A DNA stretch of 60,220 bases from Sporopachydermia quercuum (Eukaryota). The DNA lies in assembly GCA_001599295.1 (NCBI GenBank), contig BCGN01000008.1:1240001-1300220 (forward strand), in the 5' to 3' direction. The notes under the pieces are model-generated. The model did no database searches. It was not told the DNA's origin and saw only the letters and a program-made list of their open reading frames with translations. Positions 36,923 to 47,269 of the stretch are shown piece after piece (within the stretch, counting starts at the first letter, position 1; the number at the start of each line of letters is the position of its first letter). Position numbers and translations under genes: made by a program.

Positions 36923-38788
36923 ATGACGAACCTCACTGACACCCATAATCATGATCATAGCAATAGTATTACCATATCCACTAACGCTTCTACCAATACT
37001 ACACTTGGATCAGCAAACAACTCNGAACGAACTTCAGTTTCCACCGTGAAATCATTCAAGAAAAGGAAACCAAAATTTGCAAGAAGTTTTTTCCAATTAG
37101 ATCCGACAACAGGAACAAAGAATATCTGTTGTTTACCGAAAGATTTCACTTGCTCAATTGAAAACATAGCTAAGTATCTCAGTGAGCCGTTTACAATGCC
37201 AGTATTAGGAACGGTTGATGACATTGACTTATCAAGTGTATGTGGTGCAAGCTTTGTTGTTGATAGGACTGGCAGCACTGGCAATTTGACTCGTCATTTA
37301 GCCACGCATCATAATATTACAAAAGACATGTTCTGGGATGCTTTGAGATTCTTAGGCTTGAGTATTTTACCTTCTAAAAGGCCTAGCGTAAGTGGGAGTG
37401 TTAGGAATAATGTAAGGTCTAGTAATAATGCTGATGAAAGTACTTACCAATTACTGGGCGAAAGAAATTTGGAAGGGAACCAGAATAGTGGTTANACGTC
37501 TACTAAAAGAAGACGGACTGTTAGTACTAATCCCAACTCCGATCCTAATNCTAGTAGTATTAACACAGGTACTGCTACTGCTATTGTTGCTGCTACTAAT
37601 TCTATTGAAACTACTACACACGATAACANAGGCAGTAATACTCAGAACCAACATCCTTCTATACCTGTTCATTATATCAACTATCAAGAGAAACGTATTA
37701 TTAGTGACATATTCAACCAAATCGAAAAGCGACATGAGGCAAATACTAATAACGAAAACTACGATAAATTAGAAACCCATCTAACTTCAATGGAAACTGA
37801 GTTAGATCAAATACTAATATTCCTTGACTCATTGAGCCATAGTGAAGTTCCTACTAATTATTATAAACACCTTAAAATCGCAACTCCAGCAACATTGTTT
37901 TATAAGTTCAACAAGGAGCTAAATCTATTTTATGGCGAATGGGATAGAATACTCAGGAATGAAAATCAGAATGTAAATGCTAATATTTTTGATAGGGTGG
38001 GCAATATGGATGCGAATAACGACACCAGGAAAACGAATACCAACAATAAGCCGCTGTTTATGATGAGATCGCGATATAATTTACCAAATAAAACTTTATC
38101 CCTCTGGCATGGAATTGTCAGGAAAGCCTTTTTTTCAGCATTCTTATTGGATTTTCATAATTGGGCATCAATGGTTACCTCAAACTCAAAAAGACGACCA
38201 TCTAATTATTCTCAAATATCATTAGTTCAATCTTGGGGTAGCGATTTATCTGTTAATTCTATTGATACCTTAGTAGACAATATTGCATTCCGAACTAATG
38301 GTATTAACGATACTGAGGATGATGATAATGATGATGACAATGTTAGCAATAATGGCAAAAATAAGTTTTCTTCTAGAGGTCAGACTACAAATTTATTTAG
38401 TATTTCTATTAATGATTATATTGAAGCAATATTTGACTTTGCATATGAAATCGTCGAAATATCTATCAACATTCTTATCAACACTTCTGATAACCAATCA
38501 AAAAATATACCTCCAAGTGATGAGAAGAAAAACTTTACTATTGTTATATTATGTGGGAAATTCTTAAGAAATGTTATAGAAGGATTNAACTCAATAGAAA
38601 CAATTTGTATCAGTAAAGAGTNTAATGAACTTATCTTTGGTGGAAAACAAGAGGGAAACGTATATGACTATATCAAACGAAACTTCGGTGATAAATTAGG
38701 AGGGATAAGGAAAGAAAGTAAGACAATTGATGAGATCATATATGACTTATCGTTAAGAGGATTGTTTAGATCCAATTTGCTTGCATAG
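36923..38788 (+). CDS. BED-type zinc finger - divergent Translin domain fusion protein (paralogue B), 621 aa
   Basis: FARSFFQLDP...CCLPK...VCGASFVVDRTGSTGNLTRHLATHH is homologous to paralogue A; Translin-like ISINDYIEAIFDFAYEIV...IDEIIYDLSLRGL. Contains 6 N bases, including an ambiguous TAN codon. Confidence 0.75.
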   Translation: MTNLTDTHNHDHSNSITISTNASTNTTLGSANNXERTSVSTVKSFKKRKPKFARSFFQLDPTTGTKNICCLPKDFTCSIENIAKYLSEPFTMPVLGTVDDIDLSSVCGASFVVDRTGSTGNLTRHLATHHNITKDMFWDALRFLGLSILPSKRPSVSGSVRNNVRSSNNADESTYQLLGERNLEGNQNSGXTSTKRRRTVSTNPNSDPNXSSINTGTATAIVAATNSIETTTHDNXGSNTQNQHPSIPVHYINYQEKRIISDIFNQIEKRHEANTNNENYDKLETHLTSMETELDQILIFLDSLSHSEVPTNYYKHLKIATPATLFYKFNKELNLFYGEWDRILRNENQNVNANIFDRVGNMDANNDTRKTNTNNKPLFMMRSRYNLPNKTLSLWHGIVRKAFFSAFLLDFHNWASMVTSNSKRRPSNYSQISLVQSWGSDLSVNSIDTLVDNIAFRTNGINDTEDDDNDDDNVSNNGKNKFSSRGQTTNLFSISINDYIEAIFDFAYEIVEISINILINTSDNQSKNIPPSDEKKNFTIVILCGKFLRNVIEGXNSIETICISKEXNELIFGGKQEGNVYDYIKRNFGDKLGGIRKESKTIDEIIYDLSLRGLFRSNLLA

Positions 38789-39297
38789 AAAAATGTTAAA
38801 AATGTATAAAAGCTTGAATATGTGTAGTTCAAATGTGTAGATAAGGAGAATCTCTCAGTTTATGGACTAAAACAACTACCGAAAAAAAGTATATACCACT
38901 AAACAAGTTTCCCTAGATTATGGATATGTTACAAAAATGAAAACAGGAAGTAATGCTTCCGAATATCTCCAAACATTGTATTGTTATATATAATTATATA
39001 TATTAACAGTGCTTGCAGGCAACTTTTAACTTTATAATATAAGTACTCCCTACTTTCATTTTGTTTTTCTTATAACAGAACATTTTATACCTTACGATAT
39101 TCTTCTTTCTAAGTAACATTATATCTACATAAAAAAAAGTTCCTCAACCTATTTCAAAATCACCAGATCATTTCCCTTTGAACTAAATACTCAGTTAAGT
39201 CACATATTTTTGAATTTTTTTTGAATTTTTCCATTGCTTCGATTCTATTCTATAGTCTGGTTCATTATAATCTTCTATAATCTAATCTCTATTTATC

Positions 39298-40722
39298 CTA
39301 TTCCTTCCTTAAATTAAACTTCTTTCCTTGATAGTTTCTCAATTGTTCGCCTTTTAGTATCAAAACACCAGAAGCCAATCCTCCTATTATCAACGCAACA
39401 GCAGAAATACAACAAGTCCATCCAATTCCTATATTTTCAATTTGTATCAAAACTGTACCAGTAGCTATGGCAGCAGCTACGAATCTAATCATATAATTAC
39501 CGGCAATAGCATCCCCTTTAATTTCTGGCATAGAATCAACACAGTATGAATTGATACTAGGAAATGAGATAGTTTGAGCTAATCCTGTTATAAACATAGA
39601 TATAACTGTCAAAGGAATTCCGCCTTTCTTATACCGCAATGTCCAACCATAAATTAACATACTGATAGGCATAATTATCCCATGAGCAGTAATTGTCGCT
39701 CTCAGTCTATCTTCAGGTATTCTTCTACCTCTTATTTTAACATACTTATTGACAAAGTAGTCTGCTAGATGCCCGCCAATAAATGATCCTATTAAATATC
39801 CAATTCCAGGTGCTAGATAAAATAAACCTGCATAAATAGGATCCTCTAAATGGTATCTAGGATTGATAACATATCTTATAGGTGTGAGCAAAGCATACAT
39901 ATTATAGTGAATAGACACACTGACTGTTCCAATTAACATCAAACTTGGGTATTTCAGCGATAGAATTACTTTGAAAGGATTCACAGGTACCCAAATGAAG
40001 CTTTTGCCAGTTTCTTGTTTTAGCTGTTCATGTTTCAGATGCATCCCAGTTTCTGGTAGATAGAAATATACTAATAGAAAATTAATGAACCCCAGTCCTG
40101 CTAATATCCAAAATATTACTCTCCAAGTTGTGAAGTTAACAATGATGCCACCAAAACAAGGACCAAAAGCGGGACCAAGCTGCGAACCAGAGAGAATCCA
40201 GCCCATTGCTCTACCTCTTTCATTAGGAGGATATATGTCACCAACTATGGAAGCACCAGTTGAGAAAAACGCAGTGCCAAAAAATGCTGATAAAGATCTG
40301 AAGATGTAAAACATCGCTAGGTTTTCAGAGAAACCAACAATTAGGGTGGTAACAGCAAATATGAGCAAACTTAATACGAATATAATTCTTCTACCATATA
40401 TATCACCAAAAGGACCTAACACACAAGGTGATACCGCCATAATAATACAATAAACAGCATTGGAAACATTGATAATAGTTCCAGTAGTGTTGAATCTGAT
40501 CGCTATTTCTTGGACAGCAGGTAAGAAAGCTAGTGAGCTCAAGGGTGATAATAAACACGATATTGACACAAGAAAGACGAAGAAAGACTTTCTACTAGAG
40601 CTAAACCTAGTATAATGAGAATCTAAGGATGCCTGATCAACTTGCTCTTCCTCCTTTTCTTCATCAGCTCTTGCAAATTCCTCATCTTTCAGTTCTTTGG
40701 TGTTAGAGAGAGGGGTTTTCAT
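39298..40722 (-). CDS. MFS transporter, DHA1 drug:H+ antiporter family (Qdr/Dtr1-like)
   Basis: About 12 hydrophobic segments; GPFGDIYGRR (motif A), VGDIYPPNERGRAMG, GPAFGPCFGG, WRVIFW, LPET, PEDRL. Confidence 0.9.
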   Translation of the reverse strand: MKTPLSNTKELKDEEFARADEEKEEEQVDQASLDSHYTRFSSSRKSFFVFLVSISCLLSPLSSLAFLPAVQEIAIRFNTTGTIINVSNAVYCIIMAVSPCVLGPFGDIYGRRIIFVLSLLIFAVTTLIVGFSENLAMFYIFRSLSAFFGTAFFSTGASIVGDIYPPNERGRAMGWILSGSQLGPAFGPCFGGIIVNFTTWRVIFWILAGLGFINFLLVYFYLPETGMHLKHEQLKQETGKSFIWVPVNPFKVILSLKYPSLMLIGTVSVSIHYNMYALLTPIRYVINPRYHLEDPIYAGLFYLAPGIGYLIGSFIGGHLADYFVNKYVKIRGRRIPEDRLRATITAHGIIMPISMLIYGWTLRYKKGGIPLTVISMFITGLAQTISFPSINSYCVDSMPEIKGDAIAGNYMIRFVAAAIATGTVLIQIENIGIGWTCCISAVALIIGGLASGVLILKGEQLRNYQGKKFNLRKE

Positions 40723-41814
40723 TGTGAAATGGTGTGTGCTGAAGTTCTCATGGACTATTAGTGAACATTCATGAGGGTACGCATTTTATTATTGTAAAAT
40801 ATTGGCAACTATAAATGAAAATTCTGCATGATTAGTCTCTATAGAAAATAAGCTGTAAGCTCTTGAATNGTTAGTGAGTATCAGCCTATTGTTAAGTTGC
40901 GGTTTAATCCTTATCAAACGGAGTAAGCAAGTGTTAACTAGCACTGGCAGCTATCAATTAGATGTCAGATACTTATATACAAAATGCTAATGATTTGTAA
41001 TATTGGTACTGTTTTAAAGATATTTTTAAACGGCCATTCCCTACTAAATGAACCAAACCAAAAGATCATGAAAGAAGAACCGTTACATTATATTATAGTG
41101 NAGATCAATTAGTCATGTAAGGTTTAATGTTGCAATTATAAGGTTTATTAGTCAACTTTAAATGTGACATCTTCATTCATAATTGTACAACAACGATGAG
41201 GTTCCTGATTCTTATAACAAATAGTATTATTTGTATTTTTAAAGATATTGTAAAAACACAGAAAATAAAAATAAAAATAAAAAAACATTTTTTGAACAAA
41301 AACCGAATAAAAATGAGTGAAATTGGTTCGGTTAGATGGCCCAGAATTTTGTTAACGTTATCGCTCCTGAACAAAAGTATTAAGGTTAAGGTGAAGAGAG
41401 CATCTGTAACCTTATTATATATAAACTCGAAACTTTAGCTTTACCAGTTTCATCCCAATCAAGTAATTGATAGATGGAAAACTGAATAAAGACGATGAGA
41501 AAGAAAAAAACAAGTTACTACTGATAAGACTTGCTATATGAAGAAAGATTTTCATACTTTCGTTACAATTTTAAGACTGAGTGATCATTCTATTTAATAA
41601 GGTAAACAAAATCATATTAGAAGTAGTACAATAATATTACAAACTGAAGTCAATTAGAATCTATTAAGGATTCTGGTAAATACCTGAAAACATTTAGAGC
41701 ATTGTAATTATCAATTAAAAAAATCCTAATCCTGAATTCAGCCATTGGAGCGTATTCAGTTCAAAATCTCTTACATTTACTTATGTTATACTATTTAAAT
41801 ACTACTCATGTACT

Positions 41815-42870
41815 TCAGTTGCTATCAATAACACTTTTGTTTACAGCAGTTGGGGGTNTACGAGTTCCATAGAAGTACTCCATCAAATTATCAACACACT
41901 TTCTCTCGAAGTTTTTCCATGAAGCTTGACTGACAGCACCCAAATGTGGTGTCAATGTAATCATCCAGTTGTCTAACAACTTTTGACTTATTCTCGGTTC
42001 AAACTCATGAACGTCAAATCCTGCTCCGACAAGCTGCCCCCGCTCAATGGCATCAATGACGGCTTCTTCTTCGACTATTGGACCTCGTGCAATGTTGACC
42101 AATCTCACCTTATTTTTCATATATTTGAAGGATTCAAAACAGATCAAATGCCTGGTTTGTGGTGTCAATGGACATAATATAAGAATGCAATCAGCTTTAG
42201 AGAAAAACTCTTTCAAATCGTTATAATAGGTGGCCCCACCAATCTCGTTCTCAATCTCTTCCTTTCTGGTTCGATTGTGATATATTACATCCATACCTAT
42301 TGACTTACAAGTGATTGCAACTAGTTTGCCGATATCTCCTAAACCTATGATCCCTAGAGTATGATTATTAGGATCATCGGATATTTGGGCAAGCTTTTGA
42401 TGATCGTAATAACGGCCAAATCTCACACAATACTCAGCATAAGTTGAATAACGAAATGTGTTGATTATTAGCAATGAAGCAATATCAGCTGTAGCTCTCG
42501 AACAGGAATCAGGCGAATTGCAGAAAACTATCCCTCGAGATGTTAAATAATCAATATCAACTATGTCATAACCGTGGCCAGACTGAACGATGATCTTGCA
42601 ACTTTCTGGTAGTAGTCTAACCACTTCATCACGGAATATATAATGATGGACATAAGGACTTGATTTCAACCATGCAGAACGACAGACACCATCAATATTA
42701 CCAATCTTACCATGACCCGGTTTTCTTAACTCTTGCATATACTCATCGACAGACTCAAAATCGTAGTTTATGATATCGAAATGCTCATTCAGTGTTTTCC
42801 AAGCTTCCTCATCATGAACAGGTTTATCCCAAGGAATGTACATAATCCTGGGTTTTCTAGATTGATTCAT
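41815..42870 (-). CDS. D-isomer-specific 2-hydroxyacid dehydrogenase (glyoxylate reductase-like)
   Basis: GHGYDIVD, LGIIGLGDIG (NAD(P) binding), CPLTPQTRHLI, VNIARGPIV, GFDVHEFEP, TPHLG. Confidence 0.92.
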   Translation of the reverse strand: MNQSRKPRIMYIPWDKPVHDEEAWKTLNEHFDIINYDFESVDEYMQELRKPGHGKIGNIDGVCRSAWLKSSPYVHHYIFRDEVVRLLPESCKIIVQSGHGYDIVDIDYLTSRGIVFCNSPDSCSRATADIASLLIINTFRYSTYAEYCVRFGRYYDHQKLAQISDDPNNHTLGIIGLGDIGKLVAITCKSIGMDVIYHNRTRKEEIENEIGGATYYNDLKEFFSKADCILILCPLTPQTRHLICFESFKYMKNKVRLVNIARGPIVEEEAVIDAIERGQLVGAGFDVHEFEPRISQKLLDNWMITLTPHLGAVSQASWKNFERKCVDNLMEYFYGTRXPPTAVNKSVIDSN

Positions 42871-43639
42871 TTTCTTTAGCTCTATTCCTTATTTTCTTGT
42901 TTTATAATTGATTGATGGATATATAAATGGAAAATAAAAGACTTTGAGCAGTGACTGGAGTGCGAAATGTNGGGGGAACCTTTGTTATTAGTTAACTTCT
43001 ATGTTCCTGGTAGTAGCGTTTAACAGTTGAAAGAATTATCATAGACAACCAAATATAGAAGATAAGTTGAATCATTCTAATAACTCTAGCCGAATATCAG
43101 AATCGGTTACATCATGCATTCTTCATATATAGTAGTTCAGTCCTTCGAATCATAATAAAAACGGAATAACTGTCGAAGGCAGAAAAAACAAGATATCGAC
43201 AGAAGTTAGAAGCGGTTGGACTATTTGGGTTCAATCTCAAAGTCAATGTGATAATCCTCACAAAAAGATCAATTGATCTAATTGAGACTGAATGTGCGTT
43301 ATTAACTAGTGAACCATTTACCAATGCTATTTCTTATTTTCTTATTATTAATTATTCAATTGAGAATGTCGGAAATTATAATCACGAAAAATTTATTATA
43401 CTGAGAAGCTTTCGAAACAGTTCCCAACAAACTCCTACTAGGTCGACAATTATTACTAACGATTTAAGCGTTTTCAATGCATAAATGTTAACTTAAAATC
43501 AACTACTTTCCATTTTTGTACATGACAAGATAATAATGTTCTAAAAGAATTCGGAAGATCGATTATTTTCAATGTTCAATGAGGTGAACAAACTGATGAA
43601 AAATGAATATACTGACTATNTATAATTGGTTACTATTAC

Positions 43640-45178
43640 CTAGTTTGCCATGCTTTTTATTATATCTTCTATTATTTGTAATACTAGTATTTTCATTTCT
43701 ATCTTATGGTCACTCAATGGATTATTACAATCGCATCCCAAAACTATCCTTAATCCACCATTATCACCATCGATTCCAATTGTATTGAGACCCATAAGCC
43801 CTCCTAAATATCCCGCACATTGAGAGAACCAAATGTCCTTCAAATTATACCCCTCACCACTATTGTTGTTGTTATCCGATTCTAGTTTAACGGAGCCAAC
43901 GTTAGATACTTCTAGAGTTTGAGATGCAAATCCTTTCTTTTTGATTGATGCAACATAATCTTCAGCATTAACTAAGGACAATAAACCTAACAAAGATTGT
44001 GGATCTTTATTATCAATTCTTTTCCATAGATCATAATGAATACTTTTAACATATTTCCAGTCGTAGTTCATTCCCGTTTCAAATATTGGTAATCTTGGTA
44101 GTGTCAATTCAACCGAAGAGGCAAACGTGCCATATTCAATTTTCATATCATTATATTCACTTTTGATGAACTTTCGCAAATTAACAGGAATATTGACCTT
44201 GTAATTACCAGATATATCATGTAGATCATCTTTATATCTTTCTAGTAATGTTGTCTCCGCTAATAAACCAATATATGCCAGTAAGGAAGTTAAGCGGAAG
44301 TCATGAGCTCTGCAAAGTGCTTTCATCTTCTGGCTTGCAATGTTACCGATCCTAATACATGACACACTTGTTTGCAAAGAAGGCCTAATATTTGAATGGT
44401 GGAAAATATCAATACAGTTGTCATCAAATGCATAACCGGCTTCCTCATAATATGTTTTCGGTAATAACCATTTGAAGGCTTTATATAAATATTTGCCAAT
44501 ACACCTAGTGAACGAGAATTGATCAATGATCGTTCTGAATAACATTTTCAAATTAATCTTGAGAGAGACTAGACTTTCTATCGGCAGATTGAATTGTTGT
44601 TGCCTTTCTGAAACATGTTCGTTCTTTAAAGATATTTCATGTTTTTCACTACTACTTTCATTCATCTTCTTCCTCAGCTCCTTTTGAAAATTAATAATAG
44701 CAGTGCCATCACATATTAAATGGTCAACAACAAAGAATACCAATCTATTATCAAGTATCACAACCTTCCATAGAGGACGTTCTGTCCCTAAGGAGAAAAA
44801 ATCATTATGAAGCTTTTCCAGCATTATTTCAAGCATCGCATTGTCATTCTGATCGTTTGCAAGTTGTTTGATTTCTGGTACATCTTTTGCTGATATAAAT
44901 TGTAGCACATTTTTGACATCCAAATTTTGGATTAAGGTAAAAGTAGGTGGAGAGCTCAGTGTTACATTCGACTGAAGCAATAGCGATTCTGATACCAAAT
45001 CAGTAACAGCTGTTCGTACATCGTTAGGATCAATAGGTGCAGAATAGATTCCGCAGCTGATAATGTTAGTATAAACTCTTTGTGTATTACGCTGATAATA
45101 GTATTGTTCCAAAATACCAAGCANCCTTTTATTTCTTGAAAGAGAAGTCGTTGGATAGTCAATACGATTCTGGCTCAT
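43640..45178 (-). CDS. Alcohol O-acetyltransferase / N-acetyltransferase (Atf1/Sli1 AATase family)
   Basis: LGILEQYYY, RPLWKVVIL, DHLICDG (HxxxDG), IPVNLRKF, LEVSNVG, DIWFSQ; ATG at 45178 (track start is TTG). Confidence 0.85.
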   Translation of the reverse strand: MSQNRIDYPTTSLSRNKRXLGILEQYYYQRNTQRVYTNIISCGIYSAPIDPNDVRTAVTDLVSESLLLQSNVTLSSPPTFTLIQNLDVKNVLQFISAKDVPEIKQLANDQNDNAMLEIMLEKLHNDFFSLGTERPLWKVVILDNRLVFFVVDHLICDGTAIINFQKELRKKMNESSSEKHEISLKNEHVSERQQQFNLPIESLVSLKINLKMLFRTIIDQFSFTRCIGKYLYKAFKWLLPKTYYEEAGYAFDDNCIDIFHHSNIRPSLQTSVSCIRIGNIASQKMKALCRAHDFRLTSLLAYIGLLAETTLLERYKDDLHDISGNYKVNIPVNLRKFIKSEYNDMKIEYGTFASSVELTLPRLPIFETGMNYDWKYVKSIHYDLWKRIDNKDPQSLLGLLSLVNAEDYVASIKKKGFASQTLEVSNVGSVKLESDNNNNSGEGYNLKDIWFSQCAGYLGGLMGLNTIGIDGDNGGLRIVLGCDCNNPLSDHKIEMKILVLQIIEDIIKSMAN

Positions 45179-47269
45179 AGTAATTGTTTTGAGCGTAATT
45201 GATATCCTTTTGAACAATTATAATTCACTGATTACTCCTNACCAATATTTCCAAGTGTTTCTATAGTCTGACTCAAGAAAGCTTTAAAGTCACANCGATA
45301 TAAAACTGAATTGCCAAATACCAGTAGCTTATGTAATCAATATCTTGGCTCCCTCTAGGGATTATCATTTCATAGTAAACATGTATCATATATAAATAAA
45401 GAGAAAGTAAGGAAATTTTGAGAGCTTCGGAAGATTTGCTCTGAGCCACCGAACTCTTTTAAGATTAAGATAGAACATTAAATATACCCCGCTACCTCCT
45501 AAACATTACATGTACGATAAGGTTTTAAACAATTATTCTCCTAATCAAATTTGACATGATAGAAAGAATTTTGCTGGTATTCATCTCGATTTGAGTGCAT
45601 CTTTAGTCTGGCTGAATTTCGTTTCATTGTTCAAAAAACAACTGTTGTAAGAATCATGCAACAGTTTCTCTGCAGTTAGTGGTTCATACTTTTCTCATTG
45701 AATCTCATGTCTAATGATGTTCTTATTAAGAGAGCATTAAACAAACATCGCTGGTACGTTAACGTACTATATGTACTATGTGGGGAATGATCTAAACTTT
45801 AACAGTAGCGAGAAATTTGCGATCTGGCCAGAATCAATTGATTCTTTACTTCCTTCTGCAATTTTTTCTTATTTCTTGAATGATAGCGTTGTGAAAGTAT
45901 CCTGCCAGCCAACATGCAAGATTTCAGTGAAAATTTTGCGTTGTTCAGCATTTTGGTAACTCTCAATAGAAATTGTATAAGCTAGAATTACACTGATACT
46001 GGTACTAATGCAATGCAGGCTTTTCTTTTTAGTTGATTGAATAGGCTGAATTAAACGTACGACGAATAATTGTTTGATTGAGCTATATTTTCAAAGGTGA
46101 AAAATATTGAGTTCTATCGAACAAGCTGGCTAAGGTATTCTTATTCCTGTATTCAGTATCATTCTTTATCTCTTTCATGCCTTGACTTGTAGTACATGAT
46201 TAAAACCAGTTGGCTCAAGCATATAGTTTTGAGTCATTACAGTTTGGGTCCAGTAAATCTTATTAGTACTTGAAATTGGGCCATATATAATAATACCAAT
46301 AGTCCATTTCAACGAAGCAGCCTTATTACCTGATTTGATTCTGATTAATCTAATAAATGACAACAGTAGGTTTGCTAGTGAATCCATAAAAGAATGAGTA
46401 AATCAGTTGTTTAGTATCGTACTTTTCCTCTTCTTTCACCACTTTCTGTTTTTCCAGAATCACCAGCCTCGTCCAAANATAATGATCCATCCACCCTGTA
46501 GATTATGATCGAGTAGTCTTCGGTTGCTTGACAACTCGAGACACTATGATTAGAGCTTGTTAATGATTGTTATTAAAGTTTACTTACACTTCTTTTATTC
46601 AGAGACTAAAAGCTTAACGTCGAACAAAGAAGGGCCTAGCTTCTGGGTATGGTTCGTTGCCATCGAATAGCAAATTGATTTCGAAAATTACTGTCAGTTA
46701 AGACAGAATACTTTACGTGTTGGTTGATGTCTCAAGTGGATGTTTATTAGTGATATGATTGACCCTTGCAAAGTAATGGAGCGTGCTCGCTGGCTCTTCA
46801 TTATTACGCTCTATTATTGAACTCAAGGTTTCTTCGACTTTTATTATTTTGAACTATAAACACAACCAGCACTATCTTCTTTCTTTTGGATTAACTTAAA
46901 TCTAAAAGAGCTAGAACACTATCTGAACTGGAAGTGTTAATACCTATTTAGGTCAAATGCCAGCTCAAAGATTTACTAAATATTAGTTTGGCCATATATA
47001 TTGGGAAGTTGAAACTTTATTTCATGTGTCAAACAAACTTAAAATCTGAAACTCTTTGGATGTTGTGTTTTCTAGTGCATTATTGTTGTGATGTCTTTGA
47101 ACAAATTCTTAATAAAAGGTTCTTAATTCTCCTCATAAGGAATTCTTTTTATTCTTCTCCCCTCTCTCTTTAAAGAGGTATTGCTCTGGCGAAAAACTGG
47201 AAATTTTTGCCAATATCAAGCTAGATCAAAAGACAAATAACCTGGCTGACACTCTGATTCTATCGAATA

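Noticed and set aside
32326..38788. Intact hAT transposon suggested by the BED fingers
   Set aside because: No DDE/RNase H-like catalytic or hAT dimerisation domain in either ORF, and no terminal inverted repeats or 8-bp target duplications were recognised by eye.
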